Shown: positions 10,350-18,869, counted from the first letter of the stretch. The stretch: 50,830 bases of DNA from Candidatus Dormiibacterota bacterium (GCA_049583555.1 JBAUWA010000007.1:1-50830), one strand, 5' to 3'. Made by a program: numbers and translations. The notes: generated by a model from the sequence alone, not told the origin.

Positions 10350-12452
10350 TCAGCCGCGGCCGGGAAGGTAGTCCAGCCCCATCGACTCCGCCACCAGGAC
10401 AGCGATGTCCCGACTCTGCAGGGCCACCTCCTGGGAGCTGATTCCCTCGCTGAACATGGTGGCGCAGAAGGGACACGCAAGCGCCGCGGTCCCGGCCCCC
10501 GTCTCCTCCGCCTGCTTGACCCGGACCCTGTTGATGCGAGTCCCCCGTGTCTCCTCCATGAAGAGACGGCCGCCGCCAGCCCCGCAGCACATCGCCTCGT
10601 TGCGACTCCGCTTCATCTCCACCAACTTGGCCCCGGGAATCGCCTCCAGCACTCGGCGGGGAGCGTCGTACTCGCTGTTCCAGCGCCCCAGATAGCAGGG
10701 GTCGTGGTAGGTGATCTCACCGTTGCCCCAGGACTCCTTGAGTTCGATCCGTCCCTGATCAAGCAGTTGCGCCAGGAGCTGGGTGTGGTGGATCACCTCG
10801 TAGTCGCCGCCAAGATCCGGGTACTCGCGGGCCATGGTGTTGAAGCAGTGGGGACAGCTGGCGATCACCTTGCGCACGGCGCGTTCCCGCAGCTTTTGCA
10901 CCACCTGTTGGGCCTGGGTCTGGAACAGGTACTCGTTGCCGAGTCGTCGGGCGGGGTCGCCGTTGCAGATCTCCTCCTGTCCCAGCACGGCGAAGCTGAC
11001 CTGGGCTGCCTTGAGGATCGCCACCGTGGCCCAGGCGATGGGCCAATTGGCCTCGTCGAAGGCGGTGGCGCAGCCCACCCAGTAGAGGTACTCGGCCTCG
11101 GGGTTGTCGGCCAGCAGGGGGACCTCCAGCCCCGCAGCCCAGCGCATCCGGGTGTCCGCCGCCATTCCGAAGGGGTTGCCACGCTGCTCCAGCGACTCCA
11201 GTGCTTGGCGCGCCTCCTTGGGAATCCGCGACTCCTCCAAGACCAGGCTGCGGCGCATCTCCACGATCGCGGGAACGTGCTCGATGAGGACCGGGCACTC
11301 CTCGACGCAGGCCCCGCAGGTGGTGCAGGACCAGAGCGTCTCCTCCATCACACTCCAGTCGAGCAACTGGCCATCGCTGGGTGGCTTGGCCTGGGTAGGA
11401 GCCTCGGCTCCCGTCCGCCAGTAGCTGGGAGGGGCGGTGCCGCCTCGGGCGTGGGCGTACCAGCCGTCGCGGAGGTCGGTGATGAAGAGCTTGGGTGATA
11501 GCGGCTTGCCGGTGTTGAAGGCGGGACAGTGGCTCTGGCAACGCCCGCACTCGGTGCAGGTGGCCAGGTCGAGCTCCTGCTTCCAGGTCAGCTGTTCCAC
11601 CCGGCTCAGCCCGAAATGCTCAGCCTTCTCGATGTCGAGGGTGGGGAGGTGGCGGCCGGCTGGCTCCAAGCTGCGGAAGAAGACATTTGGCGCCGAGGTG
11701 AGGATGTGCAGGTGCTTGCTGTTGGCGAGATAGACGGCGAAGCCGGCGATCAGCAGGAGATGAGCCCAGAGGAAGAACTCGTGCCAAGCCCAGATGCCCT
11801 CGCCGTGCGCCCCCCGGAAGAGCTGGGACACCGCGGCGGATACCGGTCGCAAATTGACCAGGTGGTCCGTCCCGGAGGCGATCTGAGTCGCGTACAGGCC
11901 GAGCTGGGTCAGGATCACCAGCGCGATCAGGACCAGGATCACAGCGGCATCCCGGGTGTGGCTGCCGCGGAAGCGTTCCGGGCGCAGCACGTATCGGTTG
12001 AGCGCCGCCACCGTCAGGCCGGTCAGGACCGCCGCCGCCAGCAAGTCCTGGGCGAATGCCACCGGACCCCACCACCATTGTTGTTCCAGATTGAGCGGCG
12101 GGACGAGCGCCTCCAGGCCGGCCTCCAGGATCTCCAGATTGAGGATCACAAAGCCCCAGAAGATGAGGAGGTGGGCGAGCCCACTGAAGGGCCAGCGCAG
12201 AAGCCGCTTCTGGCCCAGCACGAAGACCACCACCCCCCAGGCGCGCTGGCCGAGGTGATCGGTTCTGGGATCGGCCTGCGCCGCTCGCATCGAGTTCAGC
12301 AGGGGACCCAGGCGACGTAGGAATAGGAAGGTCGCGACCGAAACCAGCAGGACCAGGGCCAGTGGGTTGAGCCAGATCACGGACGATCGAAACCCACCGC
12401 CAGCAGGAAGAGGACAAGCCCGAGCAGGAAGATGAGGATCGCCAGCGCCCAA
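10350..12452 (-). CDS. Membrane-anchored (Fe-S)-binding oxidoreductase, HdrD/GlpC-like. This resembles the EtfD-type ETF:menaquinone oxidoreductase architecture.
   Basis: 700 aa. The N-terminal third holds about 5-6 TM helices with conserved His residues. It is followed by two CxxCxxC...CP ferredoxin motifs (CTECGRCQSHCP, CTTCGACVEECP) and two cysteine-rich CCG domains (CPHCF, CCGAGG, CPFC). Confidence 0.8.
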   Translation of the reverse strand: MGAGDPHLPARACPLPAGGGFRSSVIWLNPLALVLLVSVATFLFLRRLGPLLNSMRAAQADPRTDHLGQRAWGVVVFVLGQKRLLRWPFSGLAHLLIFWGFVILNLEILEAGLEALVPPLNLEQQWWWGPVAFAQDLLAAAVLTGLTVAALNRYVLRPERFRGSHTRDAAVILVLIALVILTQLGLYATQIASGTDHLVNLRPVSAAVSQLFRGAHGEGIWAWHEFFLWAHLLLIAGFAVYLANSKHLHILTSAPNVFFRSLEPAGRHLPTLDIEKAEHFGLSRVEQLTWKQELDLATCTECGRCQSHCPAFNTGKPLSPKLFITDLRDGWYAHARGGTAPPSYWRTGAEAPTQAKPPSDGQLLDWSVMEETLWSCTTCGACVEECPVLIEHVPAIVEMRRSLVLEESRIPKEARQALESLEQRGNPFGMAADTRMRWAAGLEVPLLADNPEAEYLYWVGCATAFDEANWPIAWATVAILKAAQVSFAVLGQEEICNGDPARRLGNEYLFQTQAQQVVQKLRERAVRKVIASCPHCFNTMAREYPDLGGDYEVIHHTQLLAQLLDQGRIELKESWGNGEITYHDPCYLGRWNSEYDAPRRVLEAIPGAKLVEMKRSRNEAMCCGAGGGRLFMEETRGTRINRVRVKQAEETGAGTAALACPFCATMFSEGISSQEVALQSRDIAVLVAESMGLDYLPGRG

Positions 12453-12605
12453 TACCAGCGCGGCTCATCGATCCAGAAGGGACCCCAACGCTGACGGGCT
12501 CCCCCAACCGAGGAATTGGGGTCTCGGGAGTCCTGGGTGGGAGTAACCGGTGGGGTCACAAGCTCGATGGTAGGGGCCGGACCGCCCGGGTTACCGGGGT
12601 TGGGG

Positions 12606-13415
12606 CTATCTCCCTGTCCACTCAGCCGGGCGCTTTTGCAGAAAGGCTGAAATGCCTTCCAGGGCATCAGCGGTGCGGAAGGTGGAGTCGAACTCCTCCA
12701 GCTCGGCGGCGAGGCCGGCGTCCAGGGGCAGTCCCAGTCCCCGGTTGACGGCCCGTTTGATCGCCGCGATCGCCAGGGGAGCCGCCCGGGCCAGGCTCTC
12801 AGCCACTTCCGAGGCTCCCTCCTCCAGCTGGTTCGGCTCCACCACCCGATTGACCAACCCCAGCTCGAACGCTCGGGTGGCGTCGACCTGCTCGCCGGAG
12901 AGCAGAAGCTCGAGTGCCCGCCCCCGACCCACCAGCCGGGGAAGGCGCTGGGTGCCTCCCCATCCGGGAATGATCCCGAGCAGGACCTCGGGCTGGCCCA
13001 ACTTGGCCGTCGAGCTGGCGATGCGGATGTCGCAGGCCATGGCCAGCTCCAGACCTCCGCCCAGGGCGAAGCCATTGATGGCAGCCACGATCGCGAAGCG
13101 AGTGCGCTCCATCTCCAGGGTGAGCTGCTGCCCGTCGGCGATCTTGGCTCTGGTTCCGTCCGCGCCCTGGCTAATGAACTCGCCGATGTCTGCTCCCGCG
13201 ACGAAGAAGCGATCGCCGGCGCCCGTCAGCACCGCCGCTCCCAGACTGGAGTCAGCTTCTACTTGGGCAAAGACGGATCTGAGCCCGTCCAACACAGCCT
13301 GGCTGAGTGCGTTGGCCGGGGGATGGTCGATGGTGACCCAGGCGACCTTGCCCCGGCGCTCGAACCTAACCAGATCTGCCGTGTCTCGTCCTCCGCTAGA
13401 CCGGCCAAGTGCCAC
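12606..13415 (-). CDS. Enoyl-CoA hydratase/isomerase (crotonase). The track ORF extends to 13670, but the crotonase fold begins near an in-frame GTG at 13415.
   Basis: Contains VAWVTIDHPPANALS...GAGDRFFVAGADIGEF...AINGFALGGGLELAMACDIRIAS. The upstream 85 codons of the track ORF overlap the divergent plus-strand gene starting at 13437. Confidence 0.8.
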   Translation of the reverse strand: MALGRSSGGRDTADLVRFERRGKVAWVTIDHPPANALSQAVLDGLRSVFAQVEADSSLGAAVLTGAGDRFFVAGADIGEFISQGADGTRAKIADGQQLTLEMERTRFAIVAAINGFALGGGLELAMACDIRIASSTAKLGQPEVLLGIIPGWGGTQRLPRLVGRGRALELLLSGEQVDATRAFELGLVNRVVEPNQLEEGASEVAESLARAAPLAIAAIKRAVNRGLGLPLDAGLAAELEEFDSTFRTADALEGISAFLQKRPAEWTGR

Positions 13416-13436
13416 AGTCTTGTGTAGGCTAGCTCC

Positions 13437-14057
13437 GTGGCCGACCGCGAGGCATCTCCCGAGGCCGCGGAAATCTCGCTCCCTCCCGCCGAGGAGTTCG
13501 CCGAACTGAGTGACCGGCAGCTGGAGCAACTGGTTGAGATGGTGGAGTCGGCCGAACGCCGGCTGCGCGACCAGATGGCGCCGTTTCAGCTGCGGCTGAC
13601 AAAACTCGCCAAAGACGCGGCGTTGGTCCAGACCGAGGTCCGTCGCCGGGAGCGCCAACGCCACATCCAAGCTCGCAAGGAAGTTCGCGCCCAGGTGAGT
13701 GAAGGACAGGCGCTTTCATTAGGCCAGCTCGTGGAGGCGGCAGAGCCTCCCGAGTTCGGAGAGCTTTCCTTCTCGGACCTGACCTTCCTTCTGGAGAGCG
13801 GCGGAGAGGTCGCCCTCGGATACCCGGGCAGCCGGGTGCCGGGCCTGCAGATGACGGATGGGAGCGCGACCTCTACCGTGACCAACCTGGCTGAGGCCCG
13901 AGAGCTCTACCGCCAGGGCTGGGAGATCGGCGTACCGGCACGGCGCGGAGTACGGGTACACACCCCGGGCACACGTCTGGAGCGGCTGCTGGACCCCGAC
14001 AAATGCTTCGTGCGCCCCGCCGTCCCCGGAGGCATCGAGAGCGGAGATTCGGATTGA
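13437..14057 (+). CDS. Hypothetical protein with a charged, coiled-coil-like N-terminal half. It is translationally coupled to coaE.
   Basis: 206 aa with GC-rich third codon positions. Its TGA stop overlaps the in-frame TTG of coaE (TTGA). Confidence 0.55.
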   Translation: MADREASPEAAEISLPPAEEFAELSDRQLEQLVEMVESAERRLRDQMAPFQLRLTKLAKDAALVQTEVRRRERQRHIQARKEVRAQVSEGQALSLGQLVEAAEPPEFGELSFSDLTFLLESGGEVALGYPGSRVPGLQMTDGSATSTVTNLAEARELYRQGWEIGVPARRGVRVHTPGTRLERLLDPDKCFVRPAVPGGIESGDSD

Positions 14058-14659
14058 GCCGGGTTATCGGGCTCACGGGAGGGATCGCCAGCGGCAAGTC
14101 GACGGTCGCCGGGATGCTTGCCGCCAAGGGTGCTTGGATCGTGGACGCGGATCAGCTGGCTCGCCGTGTGGTCGGGCCTGGCACTCCTGCCCTCTCGGAG
14201 ATCGCCCAATCCTTCGGCCCCGAGGTGATCGCGGCAGACGGGGCCCTGGATCGGAGGCGCCTGGCTGAGCTGGTATTTGCCGACGAGAAGGCTCGCCAGC
14301 GCCTCAACTCGATCGTCCATCCTGGAGTCCTCGAGCTAAGCCAGGCAGAGATCCTCGAGGCCCAGTCAGCAGGCGCCGGGATCATCGTCTACGACGTGCC
14401 CCTCCTCTTTGAGACCGGGCGCCAGGCAGAGTTCGAGGGCACCCTCTTGGTCTGGGTCGAAGCCCAGACTCAGCTTCTCCGACTGCGTCTACGCTCTGAC
14501 CTGAGCGAGGCCGAAGCCGAAGCCCGGATCGCTTCCCAGATGCCCCTGGAGAGCAAGCGCGAACTGGCCGATTGGGTGATCGACAACAGCGGCACCCTCG
14601 AGGAGACCCAGGCGCTGGTCGATGCCCTCTGGCGCGACCAGCTAGTGGCGCAACCGTGA
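14054..14659 (+). CDS. coaE: Dephospho-CoA kinase
   Basis: Begins with P-loop IGLTGGIASGKST and shows CoaE-wide similarity. The likely TTG start at 14054 overlaps the upstream stop; the track ORF started earlier, at 14003. Confidence 0.85.
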   Translation: MSRVIGLTGGIASGKSTVAGMLAAKGAWIVDADQLARRVVGPGTPALSEIAQSFGPEVIAADGALDRRRLAELVFADEKARQRLNSIVHPGVLELSQAEILEAQSAGAGIIVYDVPLLFETGRQAEFEGTLLVWVEAQTQLLRLRLRSDLSEAEAEARIASQMPLESKRELADWVIDNSGTLEETQALVDALWRDQLVAQP

Positions 14660-14693
14660 CCAACCGGGGGCGTGATCCGGCCGGCACTGCGCT

Positions 14694-15233
14694 ATGCTCC
14701 GACGAACAAGTGTGCCTGCCGTAAACGAGCTCTGGATCAAGGTGCCCAGCCCCTTCTGGGGGGTTGAGACGGTCGGCTTCAGCGTGCGCTGCCCAAGCCA
14801 GCCGGAGCCCGGTCCCCTACCTGATATTCCCTTCTTCGTTGAGGGAGACGCGGGTTCGATGGCCTCCTTGGACGGGCGGCTTAGGCTCTTCCCCCAGCGG
14901 GATCGTTACGTCGACTGCGACGGCCTGGGTGAGGCTTACAGCTGGACCGATCCCATCAAGCTCACCGACGAGGTGATCGTGATGGCTTTCCGGGACCAGA
15001 GCCTGCAGTACAGTGCCCCGGATCCGGAACGGGCCCTGCTCAACCGGCTCTCCAATCAGCTGGTCCTGCTGGCGTTTCCGTTCCTACGCGACTGTGTCAG
15101 GGTCGCCGGTCTGCGGCTCAGCTCGCCGATCTCAGTCAAAATCGGCTCCGATTCGGTCCCCGAGATTGACCTATCGCTGCCCCTGGCCGAGATCGTCGAT
15201 CGCAACGGCTCCCGACCCCTCGCCGGGCTCTAG
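14694..15233 (+). CDS. Hypothetical protein
   Basis: 179 aa ORF with coding-like codon usage and no recognisable family. No clear SD. It is convergent with the PHP operon. Confidence 0.45.
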   Translation: MLRRTSVPAVNELWIKVPSPFWGVETVGFSVRCPSQPEPGPLPDIPFFVEGDAGSMASLDGRLRLFPQRDRYVDCDGLGEAYSWTDPIKLTDEVIVMAFRDQSLQYSAPDPERALLNRLSNQLVLLAFPFLRDCVRVAGLRLSSPISVKIGSDSVPEIDLSLPLAEIVDRNGSRPLAGL

Positions 15234-15246
15234 CCCCTTCTGGGGC
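15233..15246. terminator. Short GC hairpin (GCCCC-ttct-GGGGC) between convergent genes; a possible bidirectional terminator.
   Basis: Perfect 5-bp inverted repeat with a tetraloop, overlapping the stop at 15231-15233. There is no U-tract. Confidence 0.25.
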
Positions 15247-15252
15247 CAGCTG

Positions 15253-15582
15253 CTAACCCGAGGGAGTCGCCGTCGCTGAAGCGCTGGAGCTGGCCGTGGG
15301 GGAAGGGCTCGGGGTTGGAGTCTTGACCACCACCGCGACGGTAGGGCAGCCAAAGGGCACCGTTGGGATCGAGATCTTGGCGGTGGGCGAGGCGTTGGGA
15401 GAGGCCTGCGCCTGAATTACGATCGGGGTGCTCTTGGGGCAGGGTGGAGTGGCGGGGATAGCGGTGGGCGAGGCGGCCTTGACGATCAGCGCCACCAGAA
15501 CCGCCAGTCCGCCGAGAATAACCGTGCCCACGAAGGTCACGGCGCCCCACTCCTTGCGGATGAAGTCGCGATTCAGCCTCAC
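15253..15582 (-). CDS. Small single-pass membrane protein with a Pro/Thr/Ser-rich extracytoplasmic tail
   Basis: GTG start with an AAGGAG SD 6 nt upstream. The start directly abuts the PHP gene's TGA stop (TGAGTG). It has an N-terminal TM helix followed by a low-complexity PTS-rich region containing two Cys. Confidence 0.55.
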   Translation of the reverse strand: MRLNRDFIRKEWGAVTFVGTVILGGLAVLVALIVKAASPTAIPATPPCPKSTPIVIQAQASPNASPTAKISIPTVPFGCPTVAVVVKTPTPSPSPTASSSASATATPSG

Positions 15583-16368
15583 TCAGGCTCCTTCATGGCC
15601 AATTCGACCCCGCCACCGCTGCCAGGATAGCCAGCCCATGCTCCGCGCCTGCTGCTTGAGCCGGAGCGACAGCGGCGGGCCTACCGGCCTGGCGTAGCGC
15701 TCCACCGGGATGGTGGCGGCGATCTCGATCGCCTGACGCAAGTCGCTCGCCGTTTGCCCGGGAAAGATGGTCACGGTCCGGGCGAGGTCGTAGCCGCCGA
15801 AATGGCTGTCGCTAGACCCCAGCGCCGCGCCCAGCCGGTCCTTGTGCAGTTCGTAGAAGTCATCCAGGGCCCGGATCCGGCCCCTGGTCGTGGGGCAGGT
15901 GTGGCGGAGCTCGATGCCATCCACGGGCCCCTCGGCGAGGAGCCGTCGCAGAGCATTGGGTGTGATCGAGGCGAAGTAGGTGGGCATCCAGGGATGCGCG
16001 ATTATCGCCAGACCGCCCCGGTCGTGGATGGCGTTGATGGTGTCCCGCACCGGCATCCCCATCCGTATCGGGCCCTCGAGGTACAGTCCCAACACGTGGA
16101 CGTTGGCCGGCGATGAGGTGGTGACCTCCTCGCCGGGGACCACGCCGACGCCGAACTCGAGGCCGGCCTCGGCCGCCTCCGAGTTGCCCGCGAAGGTGTC
16201 GTGGTCGGTGACCGCGATGACTCTGATCCCAGCCTCCGCGGCGGCCTGTACCAGCTGGCTGGGGCTGACCATGCCGTCGCTGGCAGTGGTGTGGGCGTGC
16301 GGCTCAGCGACGGAGTAGCCGGACGGGATGGGAACGCTGGCGGTGAGCCGCCCCGAGGGCGCGCTCAG
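15583..16368 (-). CDS. PHP-domain metal-dependent phosphoesterase. The start is non-canonical or disrupted.
   Basis: PHP motifs are present (VIAVTDHDT, HVLGLY, AIIAHP, SSDSHF). The first metal-binding motif, EPHAHTTASDG, lies upstream of the first ATG at 16272. The only in-frame candidate starts are CTG at 16366-16368, which overlaps the upstream gene's stop as CTGA, or ATC at 16327-16329. Confidence 0.7.
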   Translation of the reverse strand: MSAPSGRLTASVPIPSGYSVAEPHAHTTASDGMVSPSQLVQAAAEAGIRVIAVTDHDTFAGNSEAAEAGLEFGVGVVPGEEVTTSSPANVHVLGLYLEGPIRMGMPVRDTINAIHDRGGLAIIAHPWMPTYFASITPNALRRLLAEGPVDGIELRHTCPTTRGRIRALDDFYELHKDRLGAALGSSDSHFGGYDLARTVTIFPGQTASDLRQAIEIAATIPVERYARPVGPPLSLRLKQQARSMGWLSWQRWRGRIGHEGA

Positions 16369-16676
16369 CGACCGAGACCTGGCCCGACTGCCGAGGTGGG
16401 CGCCGGTCGCTCACCGTCGTCCGGGTGGTCGTGGTCGTGCTCGTCCTCGTGCCCGGGGCGGTTGCGCATGTTGAGGATGCGCAGGAAGTCCTGAGCGCGC
16501 GCCATCGCCTTCCAACGCTCTGGGTAGAAGTCCTGGGCCACGATGCTGGAGTCCTCCAGCCGCAGCACCGACACACACCACTTGTTGAGGGTGTGCGAGA
16601 CCTCTACCTCGAAGTCCCCCTCCTGGCTGCGGTAGCGCAGAAGGTCGTCACCGCGCCGCGGGCGTTGAACTGCCAT
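16365..16676 (-). CDS. Hypothetical small protein with a His/Asp-rich C-terminal tail (HEDEHDHDHPDDGE)
   Basis: 103 aa. It is the first gene of an apparent three-gene translationally coupled operon. The His/Asp tail suggests metal binding. Confidence 0.5.
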   Translation of the reverse strand: MAVQRPRRGDDLLRYRSQEGDFEVEVSHTLNKWCVSVLRLEDSSIVAQDFYPERWKAMARAQDFLRILNMRNRPGHEDEHDHDHPDDGERPAPTSAVGPGLGR

Positions 16677-16828
16677 TGCACTACCTGAAAAAACCGCAAA
16701 GGATTGAGGACGGGATGCTCCGCACCGGTTGCCATCTGGCAGGGAGTATACCTCCGTCCGCCGGATACTTCTTGGCCTAAATTGGCGGTCCCAAAGGCGC
16801 CCTCGGGCATCCTAACGCCGCGCCACCC

Positions 16829-17704
16829 TCAGTCCTGATCCAGCTCCAACTTCTCGATGCGGGAGCGCAGCATCCGACCTAATTCTGCGTCCCGCCAAAC
16901 GATCTCCGCATTGGTGGCCAGCCAGCTCTCCAGCGTGCCCACGTCGAGAAGGCGCCCGCTGAACTCCAACCCCACCACCCTGCCCCGGGCGGTGACCCGT
17001 CGGATCGCGTCGGTCAGTTGGATCTCGCCGCCGGCGCCCGCCGCGGTGGTCTCCAGCTCGGTAATCACCTCCGGGGTGAGCACGTAGCGCCCCATCATGG
17101 CGAGATCGCTGGGGGCGTCCTCCGGCGCCGGCTTCTCGATCACGTCTAATACCCGAAAGACCGGACCCTCTCCCTCCACGGTGGCCACCCCGTAACGCGA
17201 GATCTCCTCCTTGCCGCAACGCCGCAGTGCCAGCACCGTGCAGCCGGCCTTGAGGTAGACGTCAATCAATTGGCCCAGCAGCGGCGGCGACCCGGCAAAG
17301 AGATCGTCCGGAAGCATGACTGCCACTGCCTCTTCTCCCCTCACCGCGGCGGCGGCGCACCAGACCGCATGGCCCAAGCCGAGAGGCTCGGCCTGGACCA
17401 CGAACTCCATCTCGCAGAGTTCGGAGATCTCCCTCACCCGCTGGGCCAGCTCATGATCGCCCCGCCGCTTCAACGTCGCTTCCAGGTCCGGATCAGGAGC
17501 GAAGTGAGCCTGGATCAGCTCCTTACCGGGGGCGATTACGATCACCGCCCGCTGGATCCCCGACGCCACTGCCTCCTCGATTCCCCACTGGATGGAAGGA
17601 CGGTCGCCGACGGGCACCATCTCCTTGGGCAGCGCCTTGGTGGCGGGAAGAAATCGGGTGCCAAGCCCGCCGGCCGGGACCACCACGGTGCGAACAGCCC
17701 CCAC
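16829..17704 (-). CDS. galU: UTP--glucose-1-phosphate uridylyltransferase
   Basis: 291 aa. Nucleotidyltransferase N-terminal motif VVPAGGLGTRFLPATKALPKEMVPV, and GalU-family similarity throughout. Confidence 0.88.
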   Translation of the reverse strand: MGAVRTVVVPAGGLGTRFLPATKALPKEMVPVGDRPSIQWGIEEAVASGIQRAVIVIAPGKELIQAHFAPDPDLEATLKRRGDHELAQRVREISELCEMEFVVQAEPLGLGHAVWCAAAAVRGEEAVAVMLPDDLFAGSPPLLGQLIDVYLKAGCTVLALRRCGKEEISRYGVATVEGEGPVFRVLDVIEKPAPEDAPSDLAMMGRYVLTPEVITELETTAAGAGGEIQLTDAIRRVTARGRVVGLEFSGRLLDVGTLESWLATNAEIVWRDAELGRMLRSRIEKLELDQD

Positions 17705-17794
17705 GAGGACCGATTCTATGGGCGCCGGCCTGTCAACTCTGGCTGGTCGCTTCCCAAAGGCCGGGCGAGGATCGGATCGGCACCGGTAACCGGG

Positions 17795-18169
17795 TTAGGC
17801 ATCCTCCGGCTCAGACTCGCCGTGGCGCAGAAGAATTGCAACCAGAAGAGCTCCCGCCAAGACGCCGCCCAGCCCCAGCCAGGCCGAGGCCGGCACTTGT
17901 CGGGTGGCCCGCCAAAGCTCACCCCAAGGATCATCCATGGCGTCGGCGAAGGTGACCGGTACGGTGCCCGGCCTGACCTCGGCCAGGGCCCGTTCGTAGA
18001 GACGAGCCCTGGTCACCGGATGGAGTGGGGTCGGAGCCAAGGCATCCACCAGGAGCACCGCGGTGCGGGCTACCGCCCTGGCCGCGGGATCGTCGGTTGG
18101 CGCGGGCGCCTCGCCTTCGAGCCAGCCGGCGATCTGGGCTGCGAGCCGCTTGTCTTCTCTGCTGGTCAA
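17795..18169 (-). CDS. Putative anti-sigma factor. It is tail-anchored by a C-terminal TM helix and is not a ZAS protein.
   Basis: 124 aa. Begins 4 nt after the ECF sigma stop. Has a C-terminal hydrophobic helix (AWLGLGGVLAGALLVAILL) and lacks the HxxxCxxC motif. Confidence 0.55.
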   Translation of the reverse strand: MTSREDKRLAAQIAGWLEGEAPAPTDDPAARAVARTAVLLVDALAPTPLHPVTRARLYERALAEVRPGTVPVTFADAMDDPWGELWRATRQVPASAWLGLGGVLAGALLVAILLRHGESEPEDA

Positions 18170-18173
18170 CCGC

Positions 18174-18869
18174 TCACTCCTTTCCTTCGGAATCGTCCCC
18201 GCCGCCCATAGCCAGGTACGGCGGTGACTGGAAATCAGGCCCCAGGCGCCGTTCCAGCGACCTCAGACCGCGAAAGATCAGCAGCTTGACCGCGCCCTCG
18301 CTCTTGCGCATCACGCGACCCACCTCGGCGTTGCGAAGCCCGGTCCCGAAGCGCAGGGTGATCGCCTGGCGCTGGTCCGGCGATAGCTGGCGGACGGCGG
18401 CCTGGATGCGCTGGACCTGCTCGGAGCGGATGGCGGCGTCCTCCGGCCCCTCGCCGGGGTCGACCATGTTGTCGGGAAGAATGATCCAGCCCTGGCGACG
18501 GTGCTCCCGCATGACCAGGTTGGAGGCGACCCGGTAGAGCCAGGCCGAGTAGGGCACGCCTCGCCACTCGAAGCGCCCGATCTCGGCGTAGGCGCGCATG
18601 AAGGTGGTGGCGGTGACATCCTGGGCCCGCTCCCAACTCCCAGTCTGGTGGTAGACGAAGGCGTGGATCTGGTCGACGTAGCGGTCGTAGAGCTTGGCGA
18701 ACTCGGCCGGATCCGTCTTGGCGGCCTCGACCAGCTTCCGCTCCGCCTCGAGCTCCTCGCTGGGACGGCTGCTGGCGCGGCGCAGACTGGGGAAGCGCCG
18801 CGGCTTGACCTCTGCATGCTGGCGTTGAGAAGTGTCATCCGCAGAGGACAATTCCGGCGCTCGGTCCAC
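18174..18869 (-). CDS. ECF (sigma-70 family) RNA polymerase sigma factor with an N-terminal extension
   Basis: Region 2 (FAKLYDRYVDQIHAFVYHQTGSWERAQDVTATTFMRAY) and region 4 (LSPDQRQAITLRFGTGLRNAEVGRVMRKSEGAVKLLIFRGLRSL) are both recognisable. Confidence 0.85.
   Translation of the reverse strand: MDRAPELSSADDTSQRQHAEVKPRRFPSLRRASSRPSEELEAERKLVEAAKTDPAEFAKLYDRYVDQIHAFVYHQTGSWERAQDVTATTFMRAYAEIGRFEWRGVPYSAWLYRVASNLVMREHRRQGWIILPDNMVDPGEGPEDAAIRSEQVQRIQAAVRQLSPDQRQAITLRFGTGLRNAEVGRVMRKSEGAVKLLIFRGLRSLERRLGPDFQSPPYLAMGGGDDSEGKE

Noticed and set aside
12377-13075. 232-aa minus-strand ORF spanning the crotonase / Fe-S oxidoreductase junction
   Set aside because: Overlaps two real genes out of frame. 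The sequence is W/P/S-rich with no domain signature.
12606-13670. Long N-terminal extensions on several track ORFs (crotonase 12606-13670, SPFH to 33675, PFK from 40677, SBP from 37625, ADH to 46686, coaE from 14003)
   Set aside because: Homology begins well inside these ORFs, and better-placed starts with SD sequences exist. The upstream portions are run-ons through intergenic or overlapping regions.
14850-14875. tRNA-like GGGTTCGATGG T-loop motif
   Set aside because: It lies inside a coding ORF with no acceptor-stem or anticodon-arm complementarity around it. No tRNA genes were recognised anywhere in the window.
16677-16828. A6/T6 tract with a possible terminator downstream of galU
   Set aside because: I could not find a stable stem adjacent to the U-run, so I am reporting only an AT-rich promoter-like gap.
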